DNA from: Lytechinus pictus
Lineage: Eukaryota
Direction: 5' to 3'
NCBI RefSeq assembly: GCF_037042905.1
Contig: NC_087251.1
Location: 39,558,001-39,622,000, forward strand
Length of the DNA: 64,000 nucleotides
The notes beneath the pieces are model-generated. The model was given only the letters and a program-made list of their open reading frames with translations. It was not told the DNA's origin and did no database searches. A program made the position numbers and the translations under genes. Within the stretch, counting starts at the first letter, position 1. Each line of letters opens with the position of its first letter. This document shows, piece by piece, positions 1 through 14,700 of the stretch.

Positions 1-83
1 TGGTATATTAATAAAGCAACATATTTGACTTGTTTTGGTTGTATTTACTTGGTTTATATTTTGTCGAATGAAAATGAAATGAA

Positions 84-800
84 ATGTAGATGAAAAAAAT
101 GTTTATTTGAGAATAATATGAAAAGTGTGTGCTTAACAAGTTGATTGAAAATGTTATTTTTCAAGGTATTATGTTATCATTTATATTGTTAAGATGACAA
201 CATTTGTTCAGGTTACTCTTGCCCACTCCTTACAAATTTGATAAAAGAATGAATGCCTCGGAAAGGGGAAGGGCTATTTACTTTAAAACACAAAAAAGTA
301 CTGAGATTTCTTAAACGAGAGGAATTTTTTCAAAAGAATTTCTCTTAATAACAAATATACAGATATGAAGTGATAATCTCAGTGCATTAAACAATGTAGA
401 TGAAAAAGAGCTAATCGGAAAATAGTACAAGAAAAAAATCTCAACAAGTAAAAGTTAAAATGCCAATTTTTTTCAAGGTATAATATTATTCATACTTTGA
501 AGTTGATGACATTTGTTCAGATTTAATCGAACCCACCACTTCACTCGTGCCTTCTTATAAATTTGACACCAGGAAAGAATGAAAACACTAAAGAGGGGGA
601 AGAGCTATGTAAATTTAGTACAACATATATTATTGTAAAACGGGGAAAAGTAATGAGAAATTTGAAATTGGAGGGTATTTTTATCAAAAGTATGTCTTAA
701 TTCCCTATTAATAGAAATATCCAGATATGAAATAATGATCTCAGTGTGTGAGGCAGTGCAGATAAAAAATGCGTATTAGAAATTAGTACAAGGATATATG
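84..800. repeat. Degenerate ~310-360 bp tandem duplication (2+ copies)
   Basis: Recurring tgtagatgaaaaa...tttttcaaggtat...gatgac-acatttgttcag...agatatgaa-tgataatctcagtg blocks. Confidence 0.6.
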
Positions 801-1395
801 TGAAAGGAATAACATCAATCATTTTACTTTGAAATTTAGAGAATTCACAAATACTTTCATCTAAAGTGCCAATCCTTTATCAAAACCTGTATGAAATTAG
901 ATGGCAAAAGTACGCATGTATAAGAATATATTGATTTTTAACAATCAAGCAAAAATATTTTCATACCTTAGTGAGTGATCATGCCTCCAACTCTGTATTA
1001 TTATTTGGCATGTGATGAAACCCTATGTTATTTAAATGCCTGACAAAGGAAAATACATGCACATCTGAAGGAGGAGCTATAAACAATATCGTGTGGTTCT
1101 GTGAAACGTTTATCTCCTTGCCTTGGGATGATAAAAACCCCGAAGAAGAATCGTTTGAATGTCATATGCATACCGGGATCATTGGAGCATTAGCATGGTG
1201 GATGTGGTGTGCATCAGTACTTGTTTGTGTGGAATTGATGCGGGAGAATTACATGCAATGACCTTGACTCTCGGTGGTTGGATATCTTGAGAGGGACCGG
1301 GCGGGGTACATCAAGATGTTGACTTGATTTGCTGTGTTTGCAGCGTGCAGTGTTTGCTGTACATCTTTACTGGTTTGATATGGAAAATATAATGG

Positions 1396-1825
1396 TGATT
1401 GATGATTATTAGGAGGGGGAGGGGGAGGGAGATTATGAGGATGATGGTGGTGGTGTTGGTGGTGATGATGATGATAGTGATGGAGATGATGAGAATGAGG
1501 AGGAGGAAGATGATGATGATGATGAGTATGGTGATGAGGAGGAGGATGACGATGAAAGCATTGATACTAGTGATGATGATGAAGATGATGATGATGATGA
1601 TAATGGTGATGATGATGATGATGATGATGATGATAATGGTGATGATGATGATGATGATGATGATGAGAATGATGATGATGGTGATGACGAAGATAATAAT
1701 GATGATGATAGTGATGATGAATATGATGATGATGGTGGTGGTGATGATGACAGTGATGATGATGATGATAATTATGATGATGATGACGGTGATGATGGTA
1801 ATCATTAGTATGAAGCTTGCATGAT
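1396..1825. repeat. (ATG)n imperfect microsatellite
   Basis: Directly visible. Confidence 0.95.
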
Positions 1826-2250
1826 GGACAGTATAATGTAAACTTTCATTCAAATATGAATAAAATTATTTAGATCAACAAAGTTAATAATACTTTCACT
1901 GTAGTCCTATCACCTTTATACCTTTTGTTATTTGTTACGATCTGTCTGCAATTCTACCTCATTCATGCATCATTGACACACCATCACAATTGATAAAAAA
2001 AATTCACACTGCAACGTTGTTCACTCCTAAGTAATTTTTTTGCCTCCAGATTTATAAAAATAAAAGTCATTTCAATGCACAATATTGAATTTATAATCTA
2101 ATCTCCCAAGGTACTTGCTATCAATCAACCACTGACAGATATGCTTTAGAGTCGTACAACTGACCTTAAGGTATCTCAGGTATAGCAATGGATGTTCATG
2201 CTTGGGAGTACTTGCTGCCGAGTTAAGATTTTTTTGTGGTATGGATACCT

Positions 2251-2500
2251 TGCACAGTGGCTCAGTGGTAGAGTGCCCGCCTCATGAATGGGGGAGGGGG
2301 CATGGGTCCAATGCTTGGCAAAGTCATGCCAAAGACTTGAATAATGGGACCTTCTGCCTATTTGTCAGGTGCTCAACTATGAGCATAGGGAAAAATTTTA
2401 GTCTGTGTCTGCAGACTATCGTGAGACCACAAGGAAAAGGAGCTAGAACAATTAAAGAAATATGCGTTGGAAAGCCACCACAATTGAATATTTTCAGTCT
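2251..2500 (+). mobile_element. Degenerate tRNA-derived SINE
   Basis: A-box-like gtggctcagtggtagag, degraded B box, then a SINE-like body (agtcatgccaaagacttgaataatgggacc). Confidence 0.55.
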
Positions 2501-2645
2501 TTTCACGCTTCTTATAGAAATATTTATAGTGTTTTCATGCTTCTTATAGAAATTTGCTGTCTCCTTTAAGCTTGAAGATATAAATATAGTTTTATCATGC
2601 TCCATTGTTTCAATCATTGTATCATCTTATCCAGGGGTAGGCATC

Positions 2646-2793
2646 ATGACGCAAGAAGCGAGCAGCCCGCGGCGGAAGAAACCGCTCTCGCCAACCTTTG
2701 ACACGATGGAAGAAGACAAGAGCGCCATCGCTGGTCTCAATCTTCGGAGTGCTCCTATTGACAAACTAGCCAGTACATGTATGGATTGCTTTG
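2646..2793 (+). CDS. RASGRP: RasGRP coding exon 1 ([10 protein letters not shown]...[14 protein letters not shown]), start of REM domain
   Basis: ATG at 2646 just after CAG (2632-34) and TAG (2638-40) acceptors; phase-1 donor G|GTGAGT. The N-terminus could extend from an upstream exon. Confidence 0.85.
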
Positions 2794-5700
2794 GTGAGTG
2801 TTAATCTTAGAGAGAAAGAGAGAGGGAGAGAGACAGACAAAAAGATAGATAGAGAGAGAGAGCTCGAGACAGAGGGATAGAGAGTGAGCAAGAGAAAATA
2901 GAGGGAGATCGAAGGGGGGAGGGGGGCAAACACATACATACAGAGAGATTATTAGGGGAGTATGTGGTTTCATGATTGAAACAGTCACATAGCAAAATAA
3001 AATAAAAAACATTCAAAGGGGTTTGTTTACTATTCCACAATATACTAAATAATGCTAGTAATAATTACAATCATACTTACACTTAATATTTATTTTGGAA
3101 GACTCTGAGCACTCTAAGTGCATCATAATTACCCAGTGCTGTTGTTTACTGCCTTGATTTTCAATGAATGAATTTGTACCGGCTCCCCATTCACCTCACC
3201 TGGGTTGAGTGCAGCACAATGTGGATGAATTTCTTGCTGAAGGATATTGATGCCTTTGTAGAATGCATTTCATTCAACCTAGTACTATCCAGTACTGAAA
3301 CATACTACATTCGAATTAAAAAAGACAAAAACAAAGGAGAAGTTTTAAACCACAACCAAAATAGATTGTAGGGCTTCTTCATAAAAGTCAAACGCCATTC
3401 AAGTAATCCTGGAAAATATATACTTGATAAACATGTCCATCAAATTAATCAATCTTGTTTCATTTGGCATTTCAACACCACTCTAAATTTGCTTTTGAAT
3501 CTGTAAATTTGAGATGAAGCAGTAGTACCCCGTTGAACTGCATTTTCGATCCGAGAGTTAAGAAAAAAAACCCTCATTCTGCCACAGAAAATGGATTATG
3601 AATTCACTTTTATACAAGATGCTATGGCCCGTATTCTGAAGTCAGGTTTAACTTAGACCATGGTCTAAATCTGTGCTTAAATTATGGGAAGCCAAAAGTG
3701 TCAAAATTTTTATTGAGTTGTATGTTTATTATGTTTACTGTGCTCTTTCCTGATTCATCGATGGTGAAGACAATCATTTATTTATACTTCCTACACAATT
3801 ATGAATGATTTAAGAGCCAAATGAGCTAAAATATTATATCTCTACTGTTAGTGACTTATGTAACAATTGGCTATCCATACTTAAACCACAACTTTAAACC
3901 TAAGTTTAAGTTAAACCCGACTTCAGAATACGGGCCTATATGTTTACCTCATGAAAATCAAATTATATATTAAATTCTTGCATATTTATCTCTCCTTCAT
4001 TTCAAATGCAAAATGAAAAATGGTTAATTGAGAGAAAAAAAAGACTTAATAAAACGTCTGCACAATGCTATTAGATATTAACAGAAAAACAAAACGATAC
4101 TATCAATTTACAAACAATGTAAATACCTTCTCTCCATCCTGCTCTTTCTATCCCCACCCCCCCCTCCTCATATCTCCCTCTTACTCAATTCAACCATTGA
4201 TTAACTGCCTGGTGACAGATTCATGTCTCTCCAAATGTGTTTTATGATGAATCCATATCAGCGCCTTGATCAAAGAGTCGTTACAATTTATTACAAGATC
4301 ACAGCGCTCACAGACGTGACTTTGTCAGCATCCGAGTGATGATGGATGTGTATTATTGACTACCCAGTGCGGTTAAGCACAGATTTAAGGCTCCGTGTCT
4401 CTCGCTCATGAGGACATAGCGATTAAATGAAACTGTCAGACTGGCATATCATTGATGTGTATTATGCAATGAGCTCCGTTGAGCTGATGAGTAAATTGTC
4501 TTAATCACTGCTTAGTTGATTATTGATTAGGCTATGATATTTGAGTATAATGAGTGGATGTAGGTCTAATATACATGTATTTGATTTCAACAATGATTCT
4601 GTTTTCAGTTACAAAAAACAGCAGCAATTAAACACACAAAAAAAAACGTACCTAAGTCCTAAATGCTTCTTTTGATTGATTAAAAATGAAGTTGCGTGTG
4701 ATTTTAAGAGCTGCATATGATTGCAACGGGCCCCAGAACAAAAAAAAATCTCTCTGTTGTAATTATTTGCCTATGATGGAAAAGAATCTTCACACATTAA
4801 TCATTACATCAGTGCTGGCAAGTCATACTGATTTTCAGTAATTCCTTTGAAAACTGAGAGGAATACTGATGGTTTCATGCAAAATACTGATTTCTAAAGT
4901 TGCAGTTTTATGCGTTGTCATGTGGTATTTCTTTGAAAATACTAATTTCCTCACCGAAGTACTAATTTTCCCGTTTGAAATACTGAAATGTTCAGGTTGG
5001 CAGCTCTGATTTTAACTATTATTTGTTGTGATTTTTTTCATTATGAAGTTACATCCCTGTATAATTTTTTTCCAGATGAGCATGGCTCGTTAGTGGAGCA
5101 GACAGCATTTCCAAGGGTCCTCTTTCTGATGCACAAATGGTTCATGACGTCAGAGGAGCTGGGGAAGCAATTCAAGCTTTTATATCCTTTTTTTCTCAAA
5201 ATTATCAACTTAACCCATTGCATACTGGAATCACGCAGTCCCTGTGCAAAATCCTATGGCCTGTATAAGACATGTAACTCAGTGCCGACATTATGGGAAG
5301 CCAAACCTGTCAATTTTTTTTAAAACATTATATGCTAATTCTCATGTTTACTGTGTTCGTTCCTAATTCTTTAATGATGAAGAAAACTATTTATCCTTTC
5401 CAGCCAGTTAAGAATGATTTGAGAGTCAAATGAGCTGATACATTAAACTTCTACTTTTAGAAATTTATGTAACAACTGGCTCTCCATTGTTAAACCACAA
5501 CTTCACACCAGAGTTTAAATTAAACCTGACTTCAGTATACGGGCCTCTAGGTATTACAGGTAGTCAACAGGTTCACATCGTTTGTTTCAGAGGGGTACTC
5601 CAGGCTGAAAAAAATAAAACACTGAAAATTTGATCAAAATCGGACAAGGAATAACATTTTAAAGATTTGCATTATTCTGGTAAAACAGTTTTAGGCATGT

Positions 5701-8700
5701 CTTCATGAATATTCAATGAGCAAATTAATGATGTCATATCCCCACTTACTCTTTTTATTTCATTATATGAAATTAGGTTTATAATAATAATAATAATACA
5801 TGAGATTTGTATAGCGCACTTTCCATCTTGATTAGATGCTCAAGGCGCTTCAGAACAGAACAACAAAAACTATTTACATATAATACATGTCTGAACAATA
5901 AGTCAATGTCTATCAAAAAACACTCTTATACAGGTATGTTTTCAGGTTGCCCTTGAAGGTGGTCACTGAAGTCTGGGTTTTCAAACTCAAATCTTTTCCT
6001 TCAAGAACCAAAAATATTGGAATAATAACTGATTAAGAGCATTATATATTCATTGCTGCAACCTATTTCATTACAAGGGAGATATATCATTCATATGATT
6101 TCATGTAATAACATAAGAAAAAGGAAAGTGGGGATGTGATGTCATCAGTCCATCTAATGAATATTCATGACGTGCATATAACTGTTTTCGCTATATATTG
6201 CTAAACTATAAAATTCATTAACTTCGCTATTTGTTATCAGATTTTGATGAAATTTTCAGCATTTTGCTCTGTAAATTTTACTCTATTTATTTAGATATAA
6301 ATATTTTCAGCCCAGAGCATTCCTTTAAGTGTCACAAGGGCTTTGCCACAATCATACATAATTCATGTTTAGGGAATGTTTTTATAGGGAATAGATTGGT
6401 ATTTGATTGTTGTATTCTCCTAATTGTCAACAATGTTTTTTTCTACTGTGGGCTTGGATGTTAACATGTTTATTCATCGACTATTTGTGTTCTTCTGTTT
6501 CTGTGTGTGCAAAAAAATAACACACACACACATGATAGCACCCTTTAAGCTTTAAAGATAAATTACAGTTTTGGTAACGATCTCAAAATGACTTTTTACA
6601 GAATCTAATATAATGACCACCCAAGTGTCTGTTTGTATGAATAAAAAATATGTGCCAAAGGATTCTGGAAGAAATTGTGTAATTGCGGAGAAATAAGCAA
6701 AATAAGCGTGGATTCTGTCACTTCCGTCGGGTCTTTATTCCAGCAATAATAATACACTGTCCCACGTGCGCTTATCTGTGTTGGTGATCTTCAGTGTGAA
6801 CATTTTTCAGCGTAGATTTCAAGATTTCACAGAGTTCAGTTTATGTAACTGTACCAGATCTAGATCCTCGATGATATACTGACAATTAAGCCTGGTTTTA
6901 CAGACTTTCTAATGAAATCAGTGTTTACTGCAAATACTGGCATTTCTCTTTAAGCTAGTGACTGACTGGGGGCTCACGTGAAAAGTGATTAATAATCCAG
7001 TAAAAACTAGCAGACAGTGCATGCTCATCAAAAGATTACTTGAAAATATATCTGCATGCCTATTAAAAGCTTATTAATCTATATCTACTAGCTAGTGACT
7101 ATCTTGCCACTAGCTAGTTACTACTAGCTATCATCAAACATAAGTGATTTATAAGCAATTACAAGCTATTATAGGAGGCAGTACATGCTCATTAAAAGAT
7201 TGCTTGAAAACATCTATGTGTGCCTCTTTCCGGCTTATTGAGATATTTACTAGCTGGTGAATAGTTAGTCAGATGCTACTTGCTAGCTATCAGCAAGCAA
7301 AAGTAATTGATAAGCAATTACAAGCTAGAAGACAACAGTGTATGCTCATTAAAAGATTGCTTGCAAATACATCTGCATGTCTATTACAAGCTTATTGAGC
7401 TATCCACTAGTGACTCCCAAGTCACAAGCTAGTTACTAGCTATCAGCAAGCTTCACACTTTTGTGAGGGGATGAGTGCAGGAGAGCATCCATCAACATTG
7501 GTTGTCTGACATTTTGTCAGATCTGACAACTTTGCTTGATTTTGATTGGTTGAGGTGCCTAAGCGTTAGCCTGTTAAGATAACTGTCGGATAAAACAGAC
7601 TTTTTCAGATAAAACATCTGACAAGTCCTTTCATACAACAACTGGCGTTGTGGCGTGCGCCTGTAATCCAAGCTGTGGGGAAGTTACAAATTGATGCAGA
7701 GGTTCGAGCCCTGGTCACGTCTTTCGGATGGTGATGTTAAAGGTTGGTCCCAGACGTAAATAATCATATCTGATTGATACACGTCTGACAAAACTCAATA
7801 CACACACACACATACAACACTCCAAAGTGCACTGTTTGACAAAACAACTGCACAGTTCTGTATTAATAGAACTAACAAAATCTCTCAAGATTCTACTTTT
7901 ATTGATTTATTCATGAAAGCTGGATTGCACTGTGGCAAACTTTAGGGAAATAAATTGTAATCAGATTGCAATCATACCAAGTTATTTTTAAATACTGCGT
8001 GAATACATCTCAAGATCGTGAGGGGTGATGTTGTCTTTGATGATCTTCCAGTGACCTTTGGCCTTCCACAAGGTGTGTGGTTTGGCCCTTTTTATTTCCT
8101 CCAACACTGCTCATCTCTTTTCCCAATAAAAAAGAGACATACATAGAAATACCTTGTCTAAAATAATTATTATATTCATTGATAGATATATAGTAATGAG
8201 TAGTCATGATTTTCTGATCAGTTTTGAATTTTGTGACAGCAAAGACATTAAAATAGATCAATCTACCCTGCGTTCATGTCTTAGAGTAATTGTTTGAAAT
8301 TCATATAACATTTCAAATAAAAATTTCATCCCTTTACTTCACATGAAATTGCTTTAGAAGGACATTGAGTACAATATTCTTTGAAGCAAAGATGTTTATG
8401 AATTGTGGATGCTCCTAGGAATTCTCAGACTGCAATTTTGATATTGAATAGGTACAAAAATAGAGCACAGATCATTCATTAAGGTGGAGTCATAGCCTAC
8501 TTAATATAGCAAACTGGATATGAATAGAAATGTTTCCCTCGTTTTCACCTTTTGTTGGGTTTATTTTCTGTGTATTTTGAAAATCGTCAATCATTTCATT
8601 CTTTCATGTATCTCTAGGTTACCATGACGATATTCTTGAATTTGTTGCAGGAACAAATTGGTTTCATTTTTGCTCTTTAGATGGAAATGTCATCTTTTAT

Positions 8701-11700
8701 TACCGGCAATATCAAGAAAATGTGTCTTGATTTAAAGTTTTTAATATGTGGTATCTAAGTTAGCTTTTATCATGAAAATATTTCTTCATTGAAAGTTTTT
8801 AAAAGTGCATGTGACATTTAATGCAGGTTTTATTTTCCTTTCTACCTCTTCAGTGAAATGTACTTGTATAGAATATTTATAGAAAACCTAGTACATTCCT
8901 CATTCACTTTGCTATGATTCTGCAAAAAACAGACATGACCTTTGCATTAATATTAATGATACCAACACCCTTATCAGTACAATGAATTTCAAATTTTAAC
9001 ATTTTAAAATCAAAATCAAGATTTCCATGGAAGTCACACTATCAAGGCACAGTTATCATGAAAAGAAACTTTCATGCAGTGACGCATTGATCTCGTGTAA
9101 GCAAACGTGAGAATCGCTATTCATTAAATGCAATTCAAGTGGGATTTAGTTACTTCATTTAAAGTTGATTGTATAATTGGTCCACATATGCCATGTCCTG
9201 TTTCTTATGTTACTTAAAGTTTCTTTTCCCTTGGTTAAAAAAAATCGAATAAGACAGCCTTGTCTTTTGATATGCTATTTAAGCTCAGGTTGCTAGTTTC
9301 TCGACTTTTTTTGTTCCACTCGAACACATGTGCATCTTTAATTGGTTGTATTGTGTGTCTTTATCAGAAAAGCCCTTCAGATAGGTTTATTCAGGCAATC
9401 AACTTTTTTCATGGAAAAAAATAAAATTTCGTTTTGGTTCCTGGTACACCTGGGGCCTATTATATATATATTTTTAAAAATCTGGCCAATTTTTAATGGC
9501 AGTGGCAGATCCGGGGAGGGGGGGGTGCACATCCAGCCCTTGCCCCCCCCCCTTTTGAGAGCCGTAATCAAAAGTTTTAATGTAAATATGCTGTTTTTGT
9601 CTATCCTGTTTTAAGGAAAATGTATGATATTTATGATGGTAAATTTTATTGAGAAGATATTGAACACTCCTGAGTTATATATATATATTTTAGTTTTAGC
9701 CCAACAGCAGATGAGCTCATGTGATACAACACATTGCTTATACCAAATTGTGTTCACATGGTAAAGAATCCATAACTTTTCTACTAAATCCTTCTTTTCA
9801 AACTTAATTGTACGTGTAATTCATTTTCAGAAGATTCAAATTTTGTGAGAGCTTAAAAATTATTTTTGACAGACATGTTCGTCCATACATGCACACATAC
9901 GTTGTGTTTTTCCTCAGTGGAGCATTTTGTTGTAGCGGTAATGACATCTGTATTGTTGAGCATGCAGATTAATAAGACGTATTGCATGGTGGTCATTTTT
10001 TTTGCAGATGTGACCATGTTTTGGGATTACTGATACGTTTATACTGCCCTGCTCTCTTTGAGAATATTTTGGCGAAGTAAATTACTTCTTTGATAATAAC
10101 AGACATCAGAAACCCTTCTGGACAGGGGGGCTGAAAACAACTTGCCCGTCATTCGTTTGAGATTTCAAGTGGTTTCAGGCTGAAAATTTGTTGATGATCT
10201 TAGAATAGAAACCCGACTCGCAGAAATAAAAAGAAACATCCATAAATAGTAATGCCCGACGACGTCTCTCGGGTTCTGGCTCAGGTGTATAGGATACGTC
10301 AAAACAAACTTACTGCTTACTCAAACATGCTTGCAAAAATTGTTCTTAAAGACATTGTTTAACTATACAAAGGTCTTATTTTGAAAATCCAAAACTCTGA
10401 TACATTTCTTATTTTATATTTTTATGTCCTTAAAAATCACTCAGGAGCAGAAAAAAAATGAAATTCATGCAGATGCTTTCAAGATATATGGAACTGAAAA
10501 TGATTATTTCAATATCTCTAATGGTAAACACATGTAGTATATTATATATTTAATTTTGTTTATTCCACATTAAAATTTATTGAATAAATTTTGTTGGTGT
10601 TTTCAGTCATTTGTACATTTTCAATTTTCTAGGCACTCTGTAATGATTATCAGGCGCCAAATTTGCAAGGCTTCATTTTTACAACATATTACAAACACTC
10701 TAGGTAATGAGTGGGACCTTAGAGCTCAGTCTATGTAAACCGATATATTTAATCATGAATATTCAAAAAGATATTGATGTGATTTGAAAGCTTTATTACA
10801 AATCATGTTTTTCTGCTATTTTGGAATCTGTGGAGGATGATCAAGTGTCAGTTTAGAGTTAAAAGTAGGTATTGATTCTTTGTTTGAATGGACACGGAAT
10901 TGAGTGACAGATTATGAATTCTTGCAATTTTTTTTAGTCACCCTGTACAAACCTACAACACAAGGAATCATATTGTTAGAAAATATTTCTTCTCATTCTT
11001 TTTAAAGGAATGTTTCTTTTCATTCCTTGTAAAGAAAATGTAATTCAAGAGTGACATTCAATCTGTAACAAAAGAATGCATCTGCGACTTACCATTTTAG
11101 AGAATAATTTCAAGAAAAAAAAACCAATAGGGCCTACCATTTTCAGTTTTATTTTGAAAGATGTTTTGGAGAGAAAGCTTTTTATAGAAATTCTGGAGCA
11201 AAGAAATATGAATGATATGATTTTTAAGAAGCATATTTCAGCTCCATTTAGAATGTTGTTTATGAAAGTATATTTTTTTTCTTCAAAACGTTAATGTTTG
11301 ATATATGTCATTCAAATATTGTGATAATTGAGAGATTTAAAAACCCTCACCAAAGGTACAACAACTTACATTAATGGAAATCTGTGAAGTACAAATCACT
11401 CAATTTTTTTCTTCATTTTTTTTAGCGTTGGGAAAAATGAAAGGAGATTAAACTGCACTGAGGTGCTCCCTCCCAATTTATTGTCTGAGTCTCAAAAGAG
11501 CTGCTAATTGTGGCTCAGTCATATTCACAAGCTTTGCAACTTATTTTGGTTCAGCTTATCAGTTGTCTCTGCAATCGTATTGCAGTGAAAGTCAAAACTG
11601 CTAATTTAAGAAAAAAATGATAAAATAAGAGGCAGTGTAATCTACAGATACAGGTCAACCCAAACAGGTCCACCATCCTCTCTACGTAACTCTATAATTC

Positions 11701-14700
11701 ATAAATAATTCAATGTTAAGTTGCAACTATAAATGATAATCTGAATTTAACCAGATTAGCAACCCTTGATATTGAACAATAGCATAACAAGTGAGAAAAA
11801 TGCTAATCTAATGGGGTGTTGCAAGAAACTTGCGATCAATTTCAAGTCTGTATTTGGTCCCTAAATCAATCATATGTCTTGCAGTTAATTGCAAATTTGT
11901 GATTGATTGCTAATCTGCTCCTTGAAACGAAAAGTTTAATCTGATTTGCTATAACTAACGTTGATCTATCAGTTGTAAAACTGCAACAGAATATTTGCAA
12001 TTGATCGCAAATATTTTCTTGCAACACCCCATAAGTGACCATTTCTTGCTGGTGAATGTTGCTGGAAATCACCATTTTTTAAAAGAGACATTGACACTCT
12101 GGTTCCCGAATCAGGAAACCCTTTCCTGGATGCGGATGTGTGTATAGAAGGTCATTGTTTTCAGAATGTTTCCATGGGAGAAATCCTTGTCATGAATACT
12201 ACTGATGCATTTTAGTTGGAACATCTCCAAGATCATGAGTCTGATCAATGTATGTTTTTTTTCTCATGTGACCTTCATGATTTAATAGGGGGAATCCTGC
12301 AATAACTTATCAGAGAAATACACTTCCTAATCCAACCGGGATCTTCCTGGAATAGAATACACATTTTTTTTTTATCTCTATAGAATTTAGATATTCAAAA
12401 AGAGGCATCCTTTTTATTGAGGTTATAATTTGAGTATTGGAGCTGGCAACTAGGAATGGACAACCGCTAAAATCCACGGCAAGCCGACGGGTATTGTGAA
12501 AATTATATTGGACGTCGTGTATTTGAGAACTAGGCATGGGAAGGTGTATTCAGACTATTCCCAGAATACTTGTTTAATTATTAGGCTAGAAATATAGCTG
12601 ATAATTATTTTTTGCATTCACACAGACCTGAAGCACTCCCTTTCGGGTAAAAAAGTTCATAAAGTTATTAGCATGCGCAGTAAGGTCTGATTAGCAGGCA
12701 AGGTGTGCGGTTCAAAATCGCTATTGCTAGTAATAATAATAATCATTTTATATACTGCAAATTTGCAAATCGCCTCTAAGCGGTTAAGAGAAAGGACTTG
12801 CTATTTAGCTGGTATTTTCTTTTGGGAATATTGCAATCATTGTGCTTTCACATTGGAAAAAATATTTTCTGATCAGAGTAGATCAGGACAAATTTCCCGT
12901 TCAGAGAATACCTGGTATTTTTTTAAAGGGCTTAGTCATTGATCTAAAAATAACCATAGAACGATTTGGAATACCTACTCGGTGTACGACACGTGAATAC
13001 ACACCGCCTTGAAGTTAAAGGGATGGTCCAGGCTGAAAATATTTATATCTAAATAAATAGAGTAAAATTCCAGAGCAAAATACTGAGAATTTGATTAAAA
13101 TCGGATAACAAATAACAAAGTTATTGAATTTTAAAGATTTGCATTATTCCAGTGAAACAGTTATAGGCATGTCTTCATGAATATTCATTAGATGGGCTGA
13201 TGTTATTATATCCCCACTTGTACTTTTGTATTATATTATATGAAATTAAGTTTATTAAAAAAATTTCTACCAAGAACTAAAACAACTAGATTGACAACTG
13301 ATTAAGTGCATTAGTTATTTATTGCCGCAACCTATTTCATCATAATGGAGACACATCATTTACACATGTATGAAAAAATAAAACAATTATGATTTTATGT
13401 AATAACGTAAGAAAAAGGAAAGTGCGGATGTAACATCATCAGCCTACTTAATGAATATTCATGACGATGTGCATATAACTGTTTTCATAAAATATTGATA
13501 AACTTTAAAATTCAATAACTTTGTTATTTGTTTTCCGATTGTGATGAAATTTTCAGCATTTTGCTCTGTGACTAAGCCCTGCTCTCTAGGGGGGGGGGGT
13601 TAATCGCAGATTCCCGTGGGTTATCTCAATCATGTTGATTTATTGATTTTCTTTCAGCCCCTCCCCTTCTCTTTCTCATCTCTCCTCTTTTTAAACTCCT
13701 TCCTTCTCTCCCTCCCATCACCCTCTCCCCCTCTTCTCCTTTCTCTCTACTTTGCCCCTTTCCCTCACAACCTATTACTTACTCCATTTTTAAACTTACA
13801 CATAATTATTTCCATTCATAAATCATAAATGTTAAAGGTCGGACTGTTTATCTCGGTTCTTATTCACGATTTAGACTAATCACTTGTTTACCACTGGAGG
13901 AAATATGGGACAACGATTAAACTGTGGTGCCCTGGATTTTATACTTTGGTCGTTACACATGCAAAAACCTGGCTTACCAGTGATTGATTGGTGAATGGAA
14001 GGTTGTAATTTCCAGTGAGGAGAAGTATTAAATGTGAAAAGCAGTACCATAAATGGGGATTTTAAACACCATCTCGTGTGAGAAGAAAATAAAGATACCA
14101 AACAACATTAGAAAAACACTCTTGCTTTTGGAAATCCCAGTTTTGACCAGATAGAGCTAAATCAGGTGATTTTTTTTTGGTAATAATATGTGATCATTTG
14201 ATTTGTACATATTATGTTACTTTTCTGACATTCTTTTTTTTTAAATCATTTTCAAGCCATTATTTGTTTTGTCATCATTGCATTCATCTTTGTTACTGTG
14301 CACTTGTTACATATCATTTGCCTTTATCAATAGACAAAAGATCCTTAGTTTGTTCTTTTTAAGTATGATTTTAAAATTTGGATTAATCTAAAACTCTGGG
14401 AAAATTTTGATATAAGATATATTCAAAATTAATGAACAAAAATTAATATGTTATATTCTAGATTATCTATAAAGAAAAAAACTGAAGCTAATTCTATTTG
14501 TCACAGCAATGCGTTTGAGAGAAAGTCATTAAAATCAAGAATATTATTCTCATTTCTTTATGACATAGATCTAGTAAATTCTTTAAAAAATCCTGTGAAA
14601 TAAAATTTATATTGAAAGCCAAGTTTGGCCAAAAATGATAACATAGATGAGCTCAAGTGGGGAAATGTATTATCGTTTAATGCCATGCTTATATTTCTTG

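Noticed and set aside
1311..1853. Long poly-I/poly-M ORFs (also 49727-50257, 52111-53000 poly-H/D/I/M)
   Set aside because: Translations of (ATG/CAT)n microsatellites; no other sign of coding.
7641..7810. Functional 7SL RNA gene
   Set aside because: Only ~40 nt resemble 7SL; no S domain; has a TSD and simple-repeat tail.
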